This document shows, one piece after another, positions 48,630-61,412 of a stretch of 64,000 bases of DNA; the first letter of the stretch is position 1, and the number at the start of each line of letters is the position of its first letter. The notes under the pieces were generated by a model. That model saw only the letters and a program-made list of their open reading frames with translations. It searched no databases and was not told the origin of the DNA. Source of the stretch: Phaeosaccion multiseriatum (taxonomy: Eukaryota; Protista; Ochrophyta, other classes); the NCBI GenBank assembly GCA_965112735.1, contig OZ218950.1, forward strand, positions 620,001 through 684,000. The letters run 5' to 3'. Made by a program: the position numbers and the translations under genes.

Positions 48630-51059
48630 CTACTCGTCCGGCTGCCCATCTGCTGCTACTGCCGCTGTATCACCAACTGCTGTGTCACCACCACTGGCGA
48701 GGGCGGCCTTGTGATCATGGAGGTGTATAACGGCCTTCCCGTCGTCCACGTGTCCCTTCATCAGGCAAATTACCTCCCCATGCGGCCACTTGTTGCTCAG
48801 ACCGGCCACCAGCTGGGGCAGGATGGGATGGCAGTGGATGAGGATGACGGGACGGGGGGGGAGGGGCGAAGGAGAGAGAGGATGAGTGCTTTCACTTCGA
48901 GGTGGAAGAGAAGGACATGGAGGGAGAGAGAGATAGAGTTATCCCTCCATCATACAACTGCCGACGGCTTAGCGCTAAGCAGGTGGTGATACATAGCATA
49001 TGCATAGTAGTTGGTGATACATTACATGCGCTAACATGAGTCTACCCAGGCTTAAAGAAAGACTACATACCTCGCCAAGGAAGGAGCGCAGCGCGGCCCC
49101 GCACGTACTTCCCGCGGGCCATCCACTGCCATCCCCCTCCCCCTTCTCCTCCTCCTCCTCCTCCTCCTCCTCCTCCTCCTCCTCCTCCTCCTCCTCCTCC
49201 TCCTCCTCCTCCTCCTCCTCCTCCTCCTCCTCCTCCTCCTCCTCCTCCTCCTCCTCCTCCTCCTCCTCCTCCTCCTCCTCCTCCTCCTCCTCCTCCTCCC
49301 CCGCCCCTGTGTCCACGCTCTCGGTGACCATGGTCTGTCCCCCCGCAGCAACGCTGTCGGCCACACTCGCGAGGGCTTCCCAGAAGTCGAACAGCGTCAG
49401 GACTCCGTTCTGGGGTGGGCAAACACACACACACACACACACACGTGCGCACAGACGACGCATGCCCCATGATTTGCATGACATGCATAGATTCATTGAG
49501 GTTAGGGGTACAGCAGGGGTTGGTGATACAGCAGCAAGAATATTCATGAGGGGAGAAGTAAGGTTCCTCCCTCCCTCCCTCCCTCCCTCCCTCTCTCCCT
49601 CTCTCACTCCCTCCCTCCCTCCCCTCCCTCCCTCCCCTCCCTCCCCCCCCCCCCTCTCTCTCTCTCTCTCTCACCTCGTCTCTATCCCTAAGCTCGTCCA
49701 CCACATAGAGCCTGCTTGCGAGGAAGCACTCCTTGGCCACACTCGGGTCCAAGCGGTCGGGGCCGATGCCTGCGTGGGCGAGTAAGCTGTGCAGCAGGTG
49801 GTGATACAGCAGTCACAGAACACGCACGACACCCACGTTCAGCATACCATTCGATCCAATCATTTCGAAGCAGGGCGAAGCAAGCAAGTGGGCAGGGCAG
49901 AGTAGCGATCAGCGGCAGGGGGGATTCAGAGCGGCTCTTTCACAGCTTTCAGAGCACATTCACAGTGTCAGAGCCTCAGACTGCTCGACGGAAATGGTCT
50001 TGAGACAAGCGGTCGCCTAAGGGTTTGAGTTTGAGTGTAAAGGAGGGAAGCGAAGCGGACACTGACACTGGCCGCTGGGCATGACATGAGCACTGACACT
50101 GGCAGGCAACTGCCCCGGCCATTCCACGTTCCACTGGCACTGGCCATAGCACTGACACTGGACACTGACCTGCCCCAGTCCGTGAGTGAGAAGCGCTGCA
50201 GCACCTTTTTCACCACGCCGCGCCGCCGCCGGTCCATCTTCAGAGATAAATTGTTGATAGGGTACACCTGTTGGTCATTCGCCATTCGGTTAGTCATTTG
50301 TTGGTTGGCTGGTTGGTCCTTCGGTTGGTGATTCGGGTGGTCGCTTGTTTGTCTTTCGGGGTAAGCAAGTCGGCCTTGTACGGAGGACGCCACAGGATAC
50401 ACACACACACACCCATTGACTCACTACCCACCCACCTACTGACTTGCTACATACCTTCCAGAGCGCCTCGACGAGTCCTCCGTGCTCTCTCATCACCTTG
50501 TCCACCCCCCGTGTGTATAGCCTCGCCTCTCGGTAGGCGTCATGGTCGGCCTTTGCGCTGACGGGAAGGCGCTCCTCCATGCAACACAGCAGAGCTCGCA
50601 GGCCCTGCAGAAGGCTGCTTTGGCTCTGACTCTGGCTTGAGGGAGGGAGGCTGGAGCTGCTGCAGTTGCTGTTGTTGTTGTTGTTGTTGGAGGTTACGAT
50701 TCCTCCCTCTCCTCCTCCTCCTCCTCCCACTGCCTCTTCCCCTCCTTCTACGGCTGCTGCTGCTGCTACTACCCCATTCGCCACCGACGTAGACGTGGAT
50801 GTCCGGTTGGCTTTCAAGGCTGCCGCCTTCAAACCCCCTCCTCCTTTCTTGCTGGGCTGTTTCTGACTGCGGTAGATGGCAGCAGATGTGCGCACGAGCA
50901 CCTCGAGCCATTGGGGCTCCAAGAGGTGGGCTTCAGAGAACTCCGCGAGGGTCTGAATGTCTTGGGTAGCCTCGCCGTCCTGGAGGGAGGGAGGGATGGA
51001 GGGGGGAGGAGGAGGAGGAGGAGGAGGAGGAGGAATGCGCGTGTAAAAGTGAGAGATTG

Positions 51060-51090
<31 letters not shown>

Positions 51091-52099
51091 TGGGTCCTGA
51101 CCTTGTTCATGACTGCGATGAAGACTCTCTCGAGCTCATTGGCAAGCTGCTTGGGGGCCTCGGGACACACACACTGCGTGAACAGCAGGAACTGGGGGGG
51201 GTATGGCAGTGGATGGGGAGGAGGAGCAGCAGGAGGAGGAGCAGCAGTTGGTTATAGAGCAGAGTGGAAACATCCCCTTTCCTTCCTTCCTTCCTTCCTT
51301 TCTTCTGTCACTTGCTCCCGACCATTTGATGTGCTCCCATCCACTGCCATCCCTCCCCCTGTCCACCCCTCTCCCTCCCTCCCTCCCTCTCTCCCCACCC
51401 TTCCTTCTCCCTCACCTGCTCGCGACTCAATTGATATGCCCCGGACACCGGCTCGCCCGTAGTGCCCCCTAAGCTCACAAAGTGATCAAAGGTACTTAAT
51501 ATCATCTTGAACGAAGCCCTCAGCACCCCCTCCACCTCCATGGACTCCTCCTCCACGGTTGCCTCTCCACTCGAGACGCGCTTGTTGCCCGACGCCACGA
51601 ACCTCCACCACCGATCGTGCATCAACACCCGGGACCAGGTCACTGTGAAACGGTGGGCCATGACCCCGTCGGCTCGGTTATACACGTCACCCGCGCCTCT
51701 CTTGCACCCTCCTCCTCCTCCTCCTCCTCCTCCTCCTCCTCCTCCTGCTGCTGCTGCTGCTTGTGCTGTTGTATCGCCAACTGCAGCATCACTAGGTGCC
51801 CCTCTGGAGGTGATGCTGTTGCTGGAGGAGTTCTGAGCCGTGGCCTTGCGTTCCAAACCCTTCCCAGGGGCCCTCTTGCGCCGCCATTTGTGACAATAGG
51901 ACCACTGCAAGTAGTGGTCACGTTGTTGTTCGTGCTCGTGTTGGTGATACTCCCACGCCGCAGCAGACCCCCTGTGCCATCACTACCCGCCCCTGCTCGT
52001 CCGTACATGAGGCCATCCAAGGCCAGCTCCCATGGTCTGTTTGGGTCTCCTCCTCCTGCGATACCCAAGCCGCCCCCCCCCACTGCTTCGAGACCGCTC
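48630..52099 (-). pseudogene. Gene B copy with a 1-bp deletion in exon A (~51868)
   Basis: cccaggggccctc here versus cccagggggccctc elsewhere. This is a homopolymer and may be a sequencing error. Confidence 0.65.
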
Positions 52100-52740
52100 C
52101 TGGGAGGGGGGTGAACTTCAATCGGCCGTCTCTCTTCCCAGGGGGGCACGACAAAGCCGACGAAGGGGCAGGGAGGGGGGCGTGGCGCTCCCTCCCCACT
52201 CTCTCTACTGTCTCTCTTGTTGTGATGAGAGGAAGTCAGAGTGATAGAAGGAGCGCAGCGCGGCCCCTTACGTACTTCCCGCGGGCCATCCGCTGCCATC
52301 TCCCTCCCCCTCCTCCTCCCCCTCCTCCCCCGCCCCTGTGTCCATGGTCTATCCCCCCTCAGCAACGCCCACACGGGCGACGGATTCGAACGAGCAACAG
52401 CGTGTCTATGGATGATTCAGGGATTAGTAGCAGCTCCTCGCACTCTCAGGAGGATGCTGCGAACGAAATCTTGAGCCCTCATTTACACTCTTGTTTGTAA
52501 AGAAACTCACCACTGCACGTAGAAATACATCAAAATTCACACACAGCACGTTCATAAGCCCCCAAGTCACAGTTATTCGGCCCCTTCCACAGCAGTGAAG
52601 CGATGTGGGTGGCGACTGTTTTCATCAAGGTCCATCACGTGTATTGACTTACTCTACTCTTCACACCCATTGCACACACCAAGCATCAAGCTTCACCACG
52701 GCGAAGAAAACGGTGAGGCGGACGGAAGGCCATCGGGTCA

Positions 52741-53552
52741 CTAAATCCCAAGTCCCGAGCTATCAGCAGCAGGGCCCTCCACACGCACGCACGCTCGCAG
52801 CGCCTTCCGTCCGCGCCTCTTCTTCTCACTCGCCGTCACCATGCTCTCCTCCAGCACCGCCCACTCCTCCTTCAGCTTGTCGCCATCATCATCTTCCCCT
52901 ACTTCTCCTGAGCGATAGCGGTGGTAGGCAGACACAAAGCCTCGGATCGTGCTCTCCAGGCTCGCCCCCTTCCTCTTTGTGCGCACAGCGAGGTGGGGCA
53001 GCAGCAACACTTTACTCCGGCCCACAGCCACCACCACGCCATTCGATAGCTCCCTGCCCCGACGGCCGCAGAAGGCCGTGGCAGCTTCAGCCCCGCCATC
53101 TTCCAGCCCTCTCCACAGGTCACACGGCAGTTGAATCTCGTCCTCGACATGAAGCCCCAGCCCCGAAAGCAAACCCACCCCATTCCCATCCTCCAGTGCC
53201 TCCTTCCTCTCCTCCCCTCCCCCAGGCATTGAAGGGGCGCATTTTGCCCTCTTGCTTCCTCTCCCATTGATGTCCTCCGCAGCTCCTCGCTTGGGCACAG
53301 GCGTACAACGGGCAATCTCCTCCTTCTGCTCCGCTCCCTCCCTCTTCACTCGTGCATGCCTCTTGCACATCCCATCTAGCTTCCGTTGCTTTTCGCACCC
53401 CTCAACAGTACACCTCTTCCGCACAGCTCCATGGGCCTGGCAAAGTCCTCCTTGGACCCGTACCTTATCGCACCCCTCAACAGTACACCTCTTCACCACC
53501 GCTCCGTGAGCCAGGCAAAGTCCTCCTTGGACCCGTACCTTATCGCACCCCT
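52741..53552 (-). pseudogene. Zinc-finger gene copy 8, 3' part, interrupted by CRE-like insertions
   Basis: C-terminal domain plus about 3 repeats. Further single repeats at 60299-60380 and 61329-61410. Confidence 0.88.
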
Positions 53553-56500
53553 AGCACCCCCCTTCTTTTTTTCTGCTTAAGACAGGGCCACCATGGAAGG
53601 GGACGACAGGGGGGCCACGCGGCCCCCCGGAGCCCAGGAGACACCAGCAAACCTCACAGCAACCCAGCAGGAGCCACCTATGAGCCGCGATCAGCAGCGG
53701 CTCGAAAGAAGGGAGAGACGGGCAGCGGCAGCAGCAATTCGCCAAACACCAGCACGGGAAGGCGTGCCCACCCCCATCACGGCTCCACCAGCGGCCGCAG
53801 CACCCCGCAACACCCTCCCGCAGGACCCACAGCTCCCACCAGCACTCACGGAACCCACAGCAACAGCAGCGGAAGCCCACCCCCAGCAGCAGCAACCACA
53901 ACCGATCTCAACGACACGGCAACAAACAGCACCAGCCGCCAGGAGATCTACCACGCCCGCCAGCGAGACAACAGGCCCTACAACAGCACCACCCCCCACA
54001 GCGACCAGCCCAGCACCCATGCAGCCAACCACGAGGCCAAGGGGACGAAGCAGGACCCCCCGAGCACGCAGCCCGGAAAGGCCAACCGCCACTTTCCGAG
54101 CCTCAGATCCAGCCCAAACCACCAACGCGTCAACTCACAGAAACGCACACGGGATCACAGAGCAAATCGTCTCCATCCTCCAAGACGAATACGAAGACAC
54201 CCACCTCACAGCCACGACCCCCATACGGCAACACCCGAACCTCTTCTTCAACGAACAAGCGCCAGCATCCGCCAGCCGACGCATCAGCGCTGAGTTCGCA
54301 AGCCTAAACCTCACCGCGACGGAACTGACCCACCACAACACGGCCGAGGCCATCGCCGACCTCGTACGACCACCCCCCACGACGCACGAGGAAGAGACAG
54401 CATCACTCGAAACAGACACGCATGGACACGCACCAACGACATGGAGCAACACCATACGCCACCAGCGCGACGCGGCGCTCCCGCCTACCAACTCGCACTT
54501 CTATATGCCCCTCCTCAGACAAGCTCTAAGGAGCGGAGGCCCCCCCACCACCCCCGGAAGACCACATGGGGGAGGAGATTACCCCCTTGGATGGCAACAG
54601 ATCGTAGAGGCCTATGCCCACACGCTCGCAGGCCAAGAGATCACCTCCAACGAGTTGGTCAACGACTACATCACCGCCTCACGACAGGAGGAACTCATCG
54701 CGGTATTACCCGACGTCCAAGCCATCGTTGAGCGCTACGGCCACGCCCTACGCGACCACACCAACAACACCACCACCTCCCCCTTCGCCAACACCATGGC
54801 CACACCGTGGTGGGCGCCGGGGCAAGCCCTCGCCCTACGCACGAGACAGGCCCCCCGGGGAACCGCACCAGGACCGCCACCACCCCCGCCCAAAGCGACG
54901 CAACCACACCCAGCCCACCAACACCGGAGGACAACCCCAACAACGCCCGAGTGTACCGAAGACACCCCGACAATGGAAACATTCAAGGGGGCATCCTCTG
55001 CAACTTTGGCGAATGCCACGACACCTTCGTCACGGTAGGCAACACAAGAGACCGCCTCATCAGGCACCAGTCGAGCCACCACCCGAACCGCGGCAGAGAG
55101 TGGGACCGATGGATGCGCGAACACCACCCCCAGGCCGCGTCAATCCTGTGGTACCGCGCCAACGGCCCACAGAGCGGACCACAGAATAATACGTACCAGC
55201 TCCGGGACTGCACAAGTGGATGCGGCAACCTGGCCCACCGAAACTCCGGCAGATCCTTCCTTACCCGCTTCCCGCAATCAGGCCTACGACAACCCCTATG
55301 CAACGCCTGCATACGAGCACACGAAGCCGCAAGCCTACCAGCACCGCCAACCATCCAACGAGCTCGAAGCATGCCCCCACCGACAAGAGCAGGTGGGACA
55401 GACACTACACGAGAGCACGACCAGGAGGGAGGAGGGAGAGGAGAGCGAGCGGGACACAGGGAGGGGGACGAGGAGACCGCGAAGGAAGAGTAGTAGCAGG
55501 GGGGGAAGAGGGCGAAAACAGCAGAGGCGGAGGAGAGCGCCCAGCACTGGCACGGGAAGCAGCGGCAGAAGGAGGGGAAGGGCAAGCAGCGGGAGGAGGT
55601 GACGAAGGAGAAGGAGGAGGCGACCCCACCAACAACGAGGAGCTACCCAACTGCCCGGTGTGTATGGAACCGCTCACTGGCCAAGCACAAGTCGCCATGC
55701 ACGAAGGCGAACATCACGTGCACAACCACTGCGCATTGGGAGTCATGAGCAGGTACCCCAACCGCAACGACCACCTCTGCCCCTACTGCCGCAACCCCTG
55801 CTACCGGCACACGATCGAGCAGGCCATCACAGCACAAGGAGGGAGAGCTATGGGCCGCGCAAGGGATCGCCTAGCGAGGGAGCGCAGAGAGTCGCATCAG
55901 CAGCACGCGCAGGCCAGCCAAGGGCGACGCCGCCAGTCCCAGCCACCCCCCACCACCCGACACACACCCCCACCCCAACCTACCGCCCCCCCAGCCCCGA
56001 TATGCTGCATATGCATGTCAGACGCGGACCCCCCTTTCATCGCACCAACCACGGAGTGGCCAGTACGCACCCGACGCTGCCAACACACCGTTCACCCCGC
56101 GTGCCTCCTTCACCACCTGAACGACCAAGCCACACTGAGGAGAGCCAACCAGCAGCCCGTCATACCACCAGGCAACCTCCCCTGCCCCGCGCAAGGCTGC
56201 ATGGCTGGCTACCAAGCTCAACGAGCCATCCCCGCCCTCAGGACCATCCTCACCCAAGGCAACGCAGCATCGGCCTACCAAGGCCCCCTCAACGACCTCG
56301 AGAACGCCTATCTAGGCCCAGACCCAAACGAGGACCCGTCGCGTACGGCAACGCCCCAGCACACGACAGCAACGGCCAGGCTCAACCCGTACCAACCCAC
56401 CACCCCCACGGGCAGAGGAGGAGGGCGAGGGCACGCGGAAGGAGGAGGAGGAGGAGGAGGAGGAGGAGCAATCGCAGCAGCGCCAAGTGGAGTAGAAGGA

Positions 56501-59500
56501 GGAAGAGGAGGACGAGGGAGGGGGAAGGAAACGGACAAGGAGCAGCAGCAGAGAGGGGACCTCAGAGAGAAAGGGCAGGGGGAGATAGCACACGCACGCA
56601 AGGAACCACAGCAGCAGCAGCGAGACGAGGGGGAGGAGGACGGAGCAGAGGCCAAGGAGGTAGCGGCGGGGACGGAGGGGACGGAGAAGGGCCAGCCAAC
56701 GACGATACACCCGAGGAAGGATGGCCCATGCAGCACCCAAACGTCCTCCGCCTAGGGGCCCTGGACCCGCAGGGTACCATCCTCTCAACACTCGTGTTTG
56801 AGACAGTAGCGCAGTGCAACCCCCGCCACGTCAGCTCGATTATCAGCTTACAGCAAAGAGCGCTCAACAACTGGAACAGGGCGCTGAGGGCCCACAAGAA
56901 CGGCCCCACCGACGCCACCCTCCACACCCTTCTGGCATGGGATGTCTTCCACCACCTCCTCCCTGCCATGCTCTTCTCTAAAGACGGAGCCTACAGCCGC
57001 CAGCAGCGGATACAGATGGTCCTCGACCTCGACATCGCCCCACTCGCACAAGCAGCGATAGCCACAGCACACGCACGCCGCCCACCACCCCCAGCACAGG
57101 CACAGACAGAGGAGCGACGGAGAGAAACCTGCGCCCACCTGCTCACCAAACCCGGAGGCCTGCACAAGGCCGCGGCGAGGCTCAGCACAAAGAGCAGAGA
57201 CGGCCACCTCCCTCCCACACACGAGACCTTTAGACGCCTCCAGCAAGCGCACGTCGACGAGAGCCTCGAAGAGATCAACACAGCAGCAGCAGCAGCCAGG
57301 GAGTACGCCAGAACCCAGGTGCAGGAGCACCCCGAGAATGGCAACGACGTCACCAGAGAGGAGATCAGCACAGCCATGCTGCTGACCTACCGGAGGGTCA
57401 ACTTCTGGAAGGGCCAAGGAGCAGACGGGCGCAGGGCGAGCCACGTCAAGTACCCCCGGACAGCCCCCAGGAGTACGCAATCGTGGAGGCTCTGACTGAC
57501 ACCTACGAGCTGCTCCGAACGGGGGACACTCCACTGCCTCCACAGCTCGCCAAACGGTGGTTCAGCACCAGCGCCGCAGCCCTCGGCGAGAAAGCGCGTC
57601 CTGTGACATCCCCCAACCTCTACCGCAGCCTCGTGGAGAGCTGTCACATGAAGCTCATCGCGGACAGGGTGGGCCCAGAGCTCAGAAGCGCAGGACAGCT
57701 AGCGGTAGCGGTCAGAGGCGGAGGGGAAACACACGCCGCAGCAGCCCAGCTAGCGCACGATGCCGGCAAAACCGTCGTGCTGCATGACATCACCAAGGCC
57801 TACACCCGCGTGTCGCGTGCCAGAGGCGTCCTAGCCTCAGGAGCACTCCCTACCATCGACCCAGCAGGCATCAACTACGCCATCGCCAGCCTCTCCCACG
57901 CCTCCGCCCACAACGCCCTCACACCAGACGGCACCCAGACCATCCACCAGAGCTCCGGAGTCAACCAAGGAGCACCAGAAGGGCCTCTCATGTTCGCAGC
58001 CGCCATCCACCCAGTGCTGAAAGTTCAGAACACAGCCGACACCGCAGCGAACCGCCCCACCATCTCCGCCTACGCAGACGACCTCATGGACCAGCTGGAA
58101 CCCGACGCACCCCTACAGACCTACGCCCCACGCCATGCCCATCTCCAAGCCCAATTCCGAGGCTTGGGCCTCGAGTTCAACGAGAGGAAAACGGTTTACC
58201 TCATGGGCAAAGGCAAGCAGCCAACACAGGCTGACAGGGACCACGCCCAACGGCAGGGCGCCACACTAGCCACCGAGGGTACCGTGGTAGCCGGCATCCC
58301 CGTCGGCACGGAGGAGTACATCGAAGAGTACCTCCGCAACATCCTCGGCCAAGAAGACCCCAGGGGCTACCTCCAACTCGCCAAACACTGCAGCGAGTGG
58401 GACAACACCCAGGCGGCCACCCTCGTCCTCCTCCAATGCCTCCCAGCCAGGCTCACACACCTGGCGAGAGCCATTGACCCCTCCATCTTCCGACGCGCCC
58501 TCGGCAGCAGGGCAGACCGCACCAACAGAGCGACAATGGCCCACATCATGCGACTCCCCGATGCCCCCCCTCTGGAGCAGGCCGCAGATGCACAAGAGGA
58601 GCCATGGACGGAGACACAGCGCCTACAAATGCATACGGCACGGCGCTTCGGCGGCCTCGGCCTCACCAGCCTCCACGACATCGCCCCAGCAGCATACCTT
58701 GGCAACAAGATGCTCACCCTCCCCCCCCTGCTCAGCCGCACCGCACGCCGGGAAGGCTCCCAAGAGAGCGCCCTACCGGACCAGCTGTTCACCAACGGAG
58801 CCCTCAAGAGCGTCGCCGACAGCGTCAACCTCCTGCACGAGGAGGGGGTCCCTGAGGCCCCCCTCATCCAAGCAGTGGGTCAGGCACAGTTCGACGAGGC
58901 CCGCTCACGCGTACTCGAGCCGCCTGACCACCAAGCCCAGGACACAGCGCGACGCAACGTGCGCAGGAGCCATCAGGCAGGCCGTCAACCGACCCACGGC
59001 GTCCAGAAGGCCCTCACCACCTTCATCCACAAACGCCGCCATGAGGAGCTGACGCAGAGCATCGCCACCATCGACGTCACACCGGCAGAGGCACAGAGGG
59101 GAGAGGAGACACAGGAAATGGCAACAGCCCGACTCCACTCACAGCGAGGAAGGGGCGCCATGGCCTTCCTCGGAGCGCTCCCCCACGGCCACAACACCAT
59201 GGCCCCCGCAGAATGGACCATGGCCCTTCGTCGCAACCTCGGTGTCAACACGCCATACGCGGACCCGCCCCCACCCTGCCTTGGCACAGGCTGCGCCCGC
59301 ACGGCAAGCACTACCCACGCCACCATCTGCCCCCGCACCGGCCTCCACAACCACACACACCACCTCCTCGTCAAGGCCTTCGGGAGGATGATGCACAGCG
59401 TGGGCATTGGAGGAGCACGTGTAGAGGACCAGACCTGCTTCGACGGCCCCACGGGCACCCGAGCAGGCCGAGACCTACGCATGGACCTGACCTATCCCGC

Positions 59501-60298
59501 AGGTAGCTTCCCGGGAGCGGACGCACCCCTGCGGAGAAACCTCCTCTGCGACATCACCGTCACCAACCCCACCGCCCCCACTCACGTGGGACGGGCCTCC
59601 ACCACGCCAGGCCACGCAGCAGCCGCCGCCGAAGAACGCAAGCGCACCCACTACCTGGGCAGTTTTCTGCCCGGGACTTCAACCCTGAAGTGCATTGCAA
59701 TCGAGACGTACGGCAGACTGGGCCACCAAACGGACGAGCTCATCGAGGCGATGGCCATCCACAAGGCATCAAGAGGGCTCGGCCCCGCAGCGGCGGCAGC
59801 CACGGGCCCCATCAAGGGCCTCCTGCGCCAACAACTGTCCCTCGCCCTTCAACGCGCCCTCTCACAGCGGGAGATCAGGTATGGCACCCTCCTTCGAGCC
59901 ACCATGACGCAGCACGAAGCAGCAGAAACCCTCGACTGGGGGCTCATGGGAGCCATCGACGGAGCGGCCGCCTGAGGAGCAGGAGTACACCAGCCAGCAG
60001 ACAGCGAGACCATCAGCACACAGCATAGCAACCACAGTTAGTCACGCCTTGTCACCCGCACCACCCACAGTAGGCTAGTTCACATATCACCTCCACCACC
60101 TCACTCCTTCCCACACCCCTTCATCTCCTCCTCCCCCCTTCACTCCCTTCCCATTCCCCATTATCCTCTACTCTACCACCCTTACCATCCTCTTCCCCTC
60201 CACCTCACGCTCCATCAATACCACACATACACGCATCTACACATGGTTACAACTTACCTCGAGCGCTCCAATACTGAGCCCATAAGCTCTAATATACA
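53553..60298 (+). mobile_element. Apparently full-length CRE-clade non-LTR retrotransposon with restriction-like endonuclease (RLE)
   Basis: RT motifs GQGADG, KARPV, QLAVAVRGG, HDITKAY, GVNQGAPEGP, YADD (58071), AGIPVG. A C-x4-C..H..C knuckle is followed by RMD...DITV...K...Y...ETYGRLG. Flanked by tcgcacccct (53543-53552 and 60301-60310). No poly(A) tail. Confidence 0.92.
53593..59975 (+). CDS. Single long ORF of the CRE-like element (C2H2 finger, two RING-H2-like fingers, RT, RLE), broken by about 4 frameshifts
   Basis: gccaccATGG start. Overlapping ORFs 53593-55038, 54807-55493, 55220-56755, 55660-57495 and 57483-59975. The shift at ~57455 is absent in the copy at 61551 (C6 instead of C5). 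Confidence 0.8.
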
Positions 60299-60380
60299 TC
60301 TCGCACCCCTCAACAGTACACCTCTTCACCACAGCTCCGTGGGCCTGGCAAAGTCCTCCTTGGATCCGATGCTTGTCGCA

Positions 60381-61328
60381 CCACACACACCACCTCCTCG
60401 TCAAGGCCTTCGGGAGGATGATGCACAGCGTGGGCATTGGAGGAGCACGTGTAGAGGACCAGACCTGCTTCGACGGCCCCACGGGCACCCGAGCAGGCCG
60501 AGACCTACGCATGGACCTGACCTATCCCGCAGGTAGCTTCCCGGGAGCGGACGCACCCCTGCGGAGAAACCTCCTCTGCGACATCACCGTCACCAACCCC
60601 ACCGCCCCCACTCACGTGGGACGGGCCTCCACCACGCCAGGCCACGCAGCAGCCGCCGCCGAAGAACGCAAGCGCACCCACTACCTGGGCAGTTTTCTGC
60701 CCGGGACTTCAACCCTGAAGTGCATTGCAATCGAGACGTACGGCAGACTGGGCCACCAAACGGACGAGCTCATCGAGGCGATGGCCATCCACAAGGCATC
60801 AAGAGGGCTCGGCCCCGCAGCGGCGGCAGCCACGGGCCCCATCAAGGGCCTCCTGCGCCAACAACTGTCCCTCGCCCTTCAACGCGCCCTCTCACAGCGG
60901 GAGATCAGGTATGGCACCCTCCTTCGAGCCACCATGACGCAGCACGAAGCAGCAGAAACCCTCGACTGGGGGCTCATGGGAGCCATCGACGGAGCGGCCG
61001 CCTGAGGAGCAGGAGTACACCAGCCAGCAGACAGCGAGACCATCAGCACACAGCATAGCAACCACAGTTAGTCACGCCTTGTCACCCGCACCACCCACAG
61101 TAGGCTAGTTCACATATCACCTCCACCACCTCACTCCTTCCCACACCCCTTCATCTCCTCCTCCCCCCTTCACTCCCTTCCCATTCCCCATTATCCTCTA
61201 CTCTACCACCCTTACCATCCTCTTCCCCTCCACCTCACGCTCCATCAATACCACACATACACGCATCTACACATGGTTACAACTTACCTCGAGCGCTCCA
61301 ATACTGAGCCCATAAGCTCTAATATACA
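60381..61328 (+). mobile_element. CRE-like 3' segment (RLE + 3' UTR)
   Basis: Identical to 59351-60298. Confidence 0.92.
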
Positions 61329-61412
61329 TCTCGCACCCCTCAACAGTACACCTCTTCACCACAGCTCCGTGGGCCTGGCAAAGTCCTCCTTGGATCCGAT
61401 GCTTGTCGCACC

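Larger units (their letters stand above)
1..53552 (-). repeat. Head-to-tail tandem array of a ~6-kb unit (zinc-finger gene + 5'-truncated multi-exon gene B); 8 zinc-finger gene copies plus the 5' flank of a ninth at the window start
   Basis: Zinc-finger gene stop codons recur at 2571, 8613, 11138, 17224, 27630, 38976, 46782 and 52741, with near-identical intervening sequence. Spacing is ~6.0 kb where there is no insertion or deletion. Confidence 0.97.

Noticed and set aside
60299-61410. 82-bp target-site duplication as an established mechanism
   Set aside because: Equally or better explained by a 1030-bp tandem duplication via accacaca microhomology, so it was not counted as an independent insertion.
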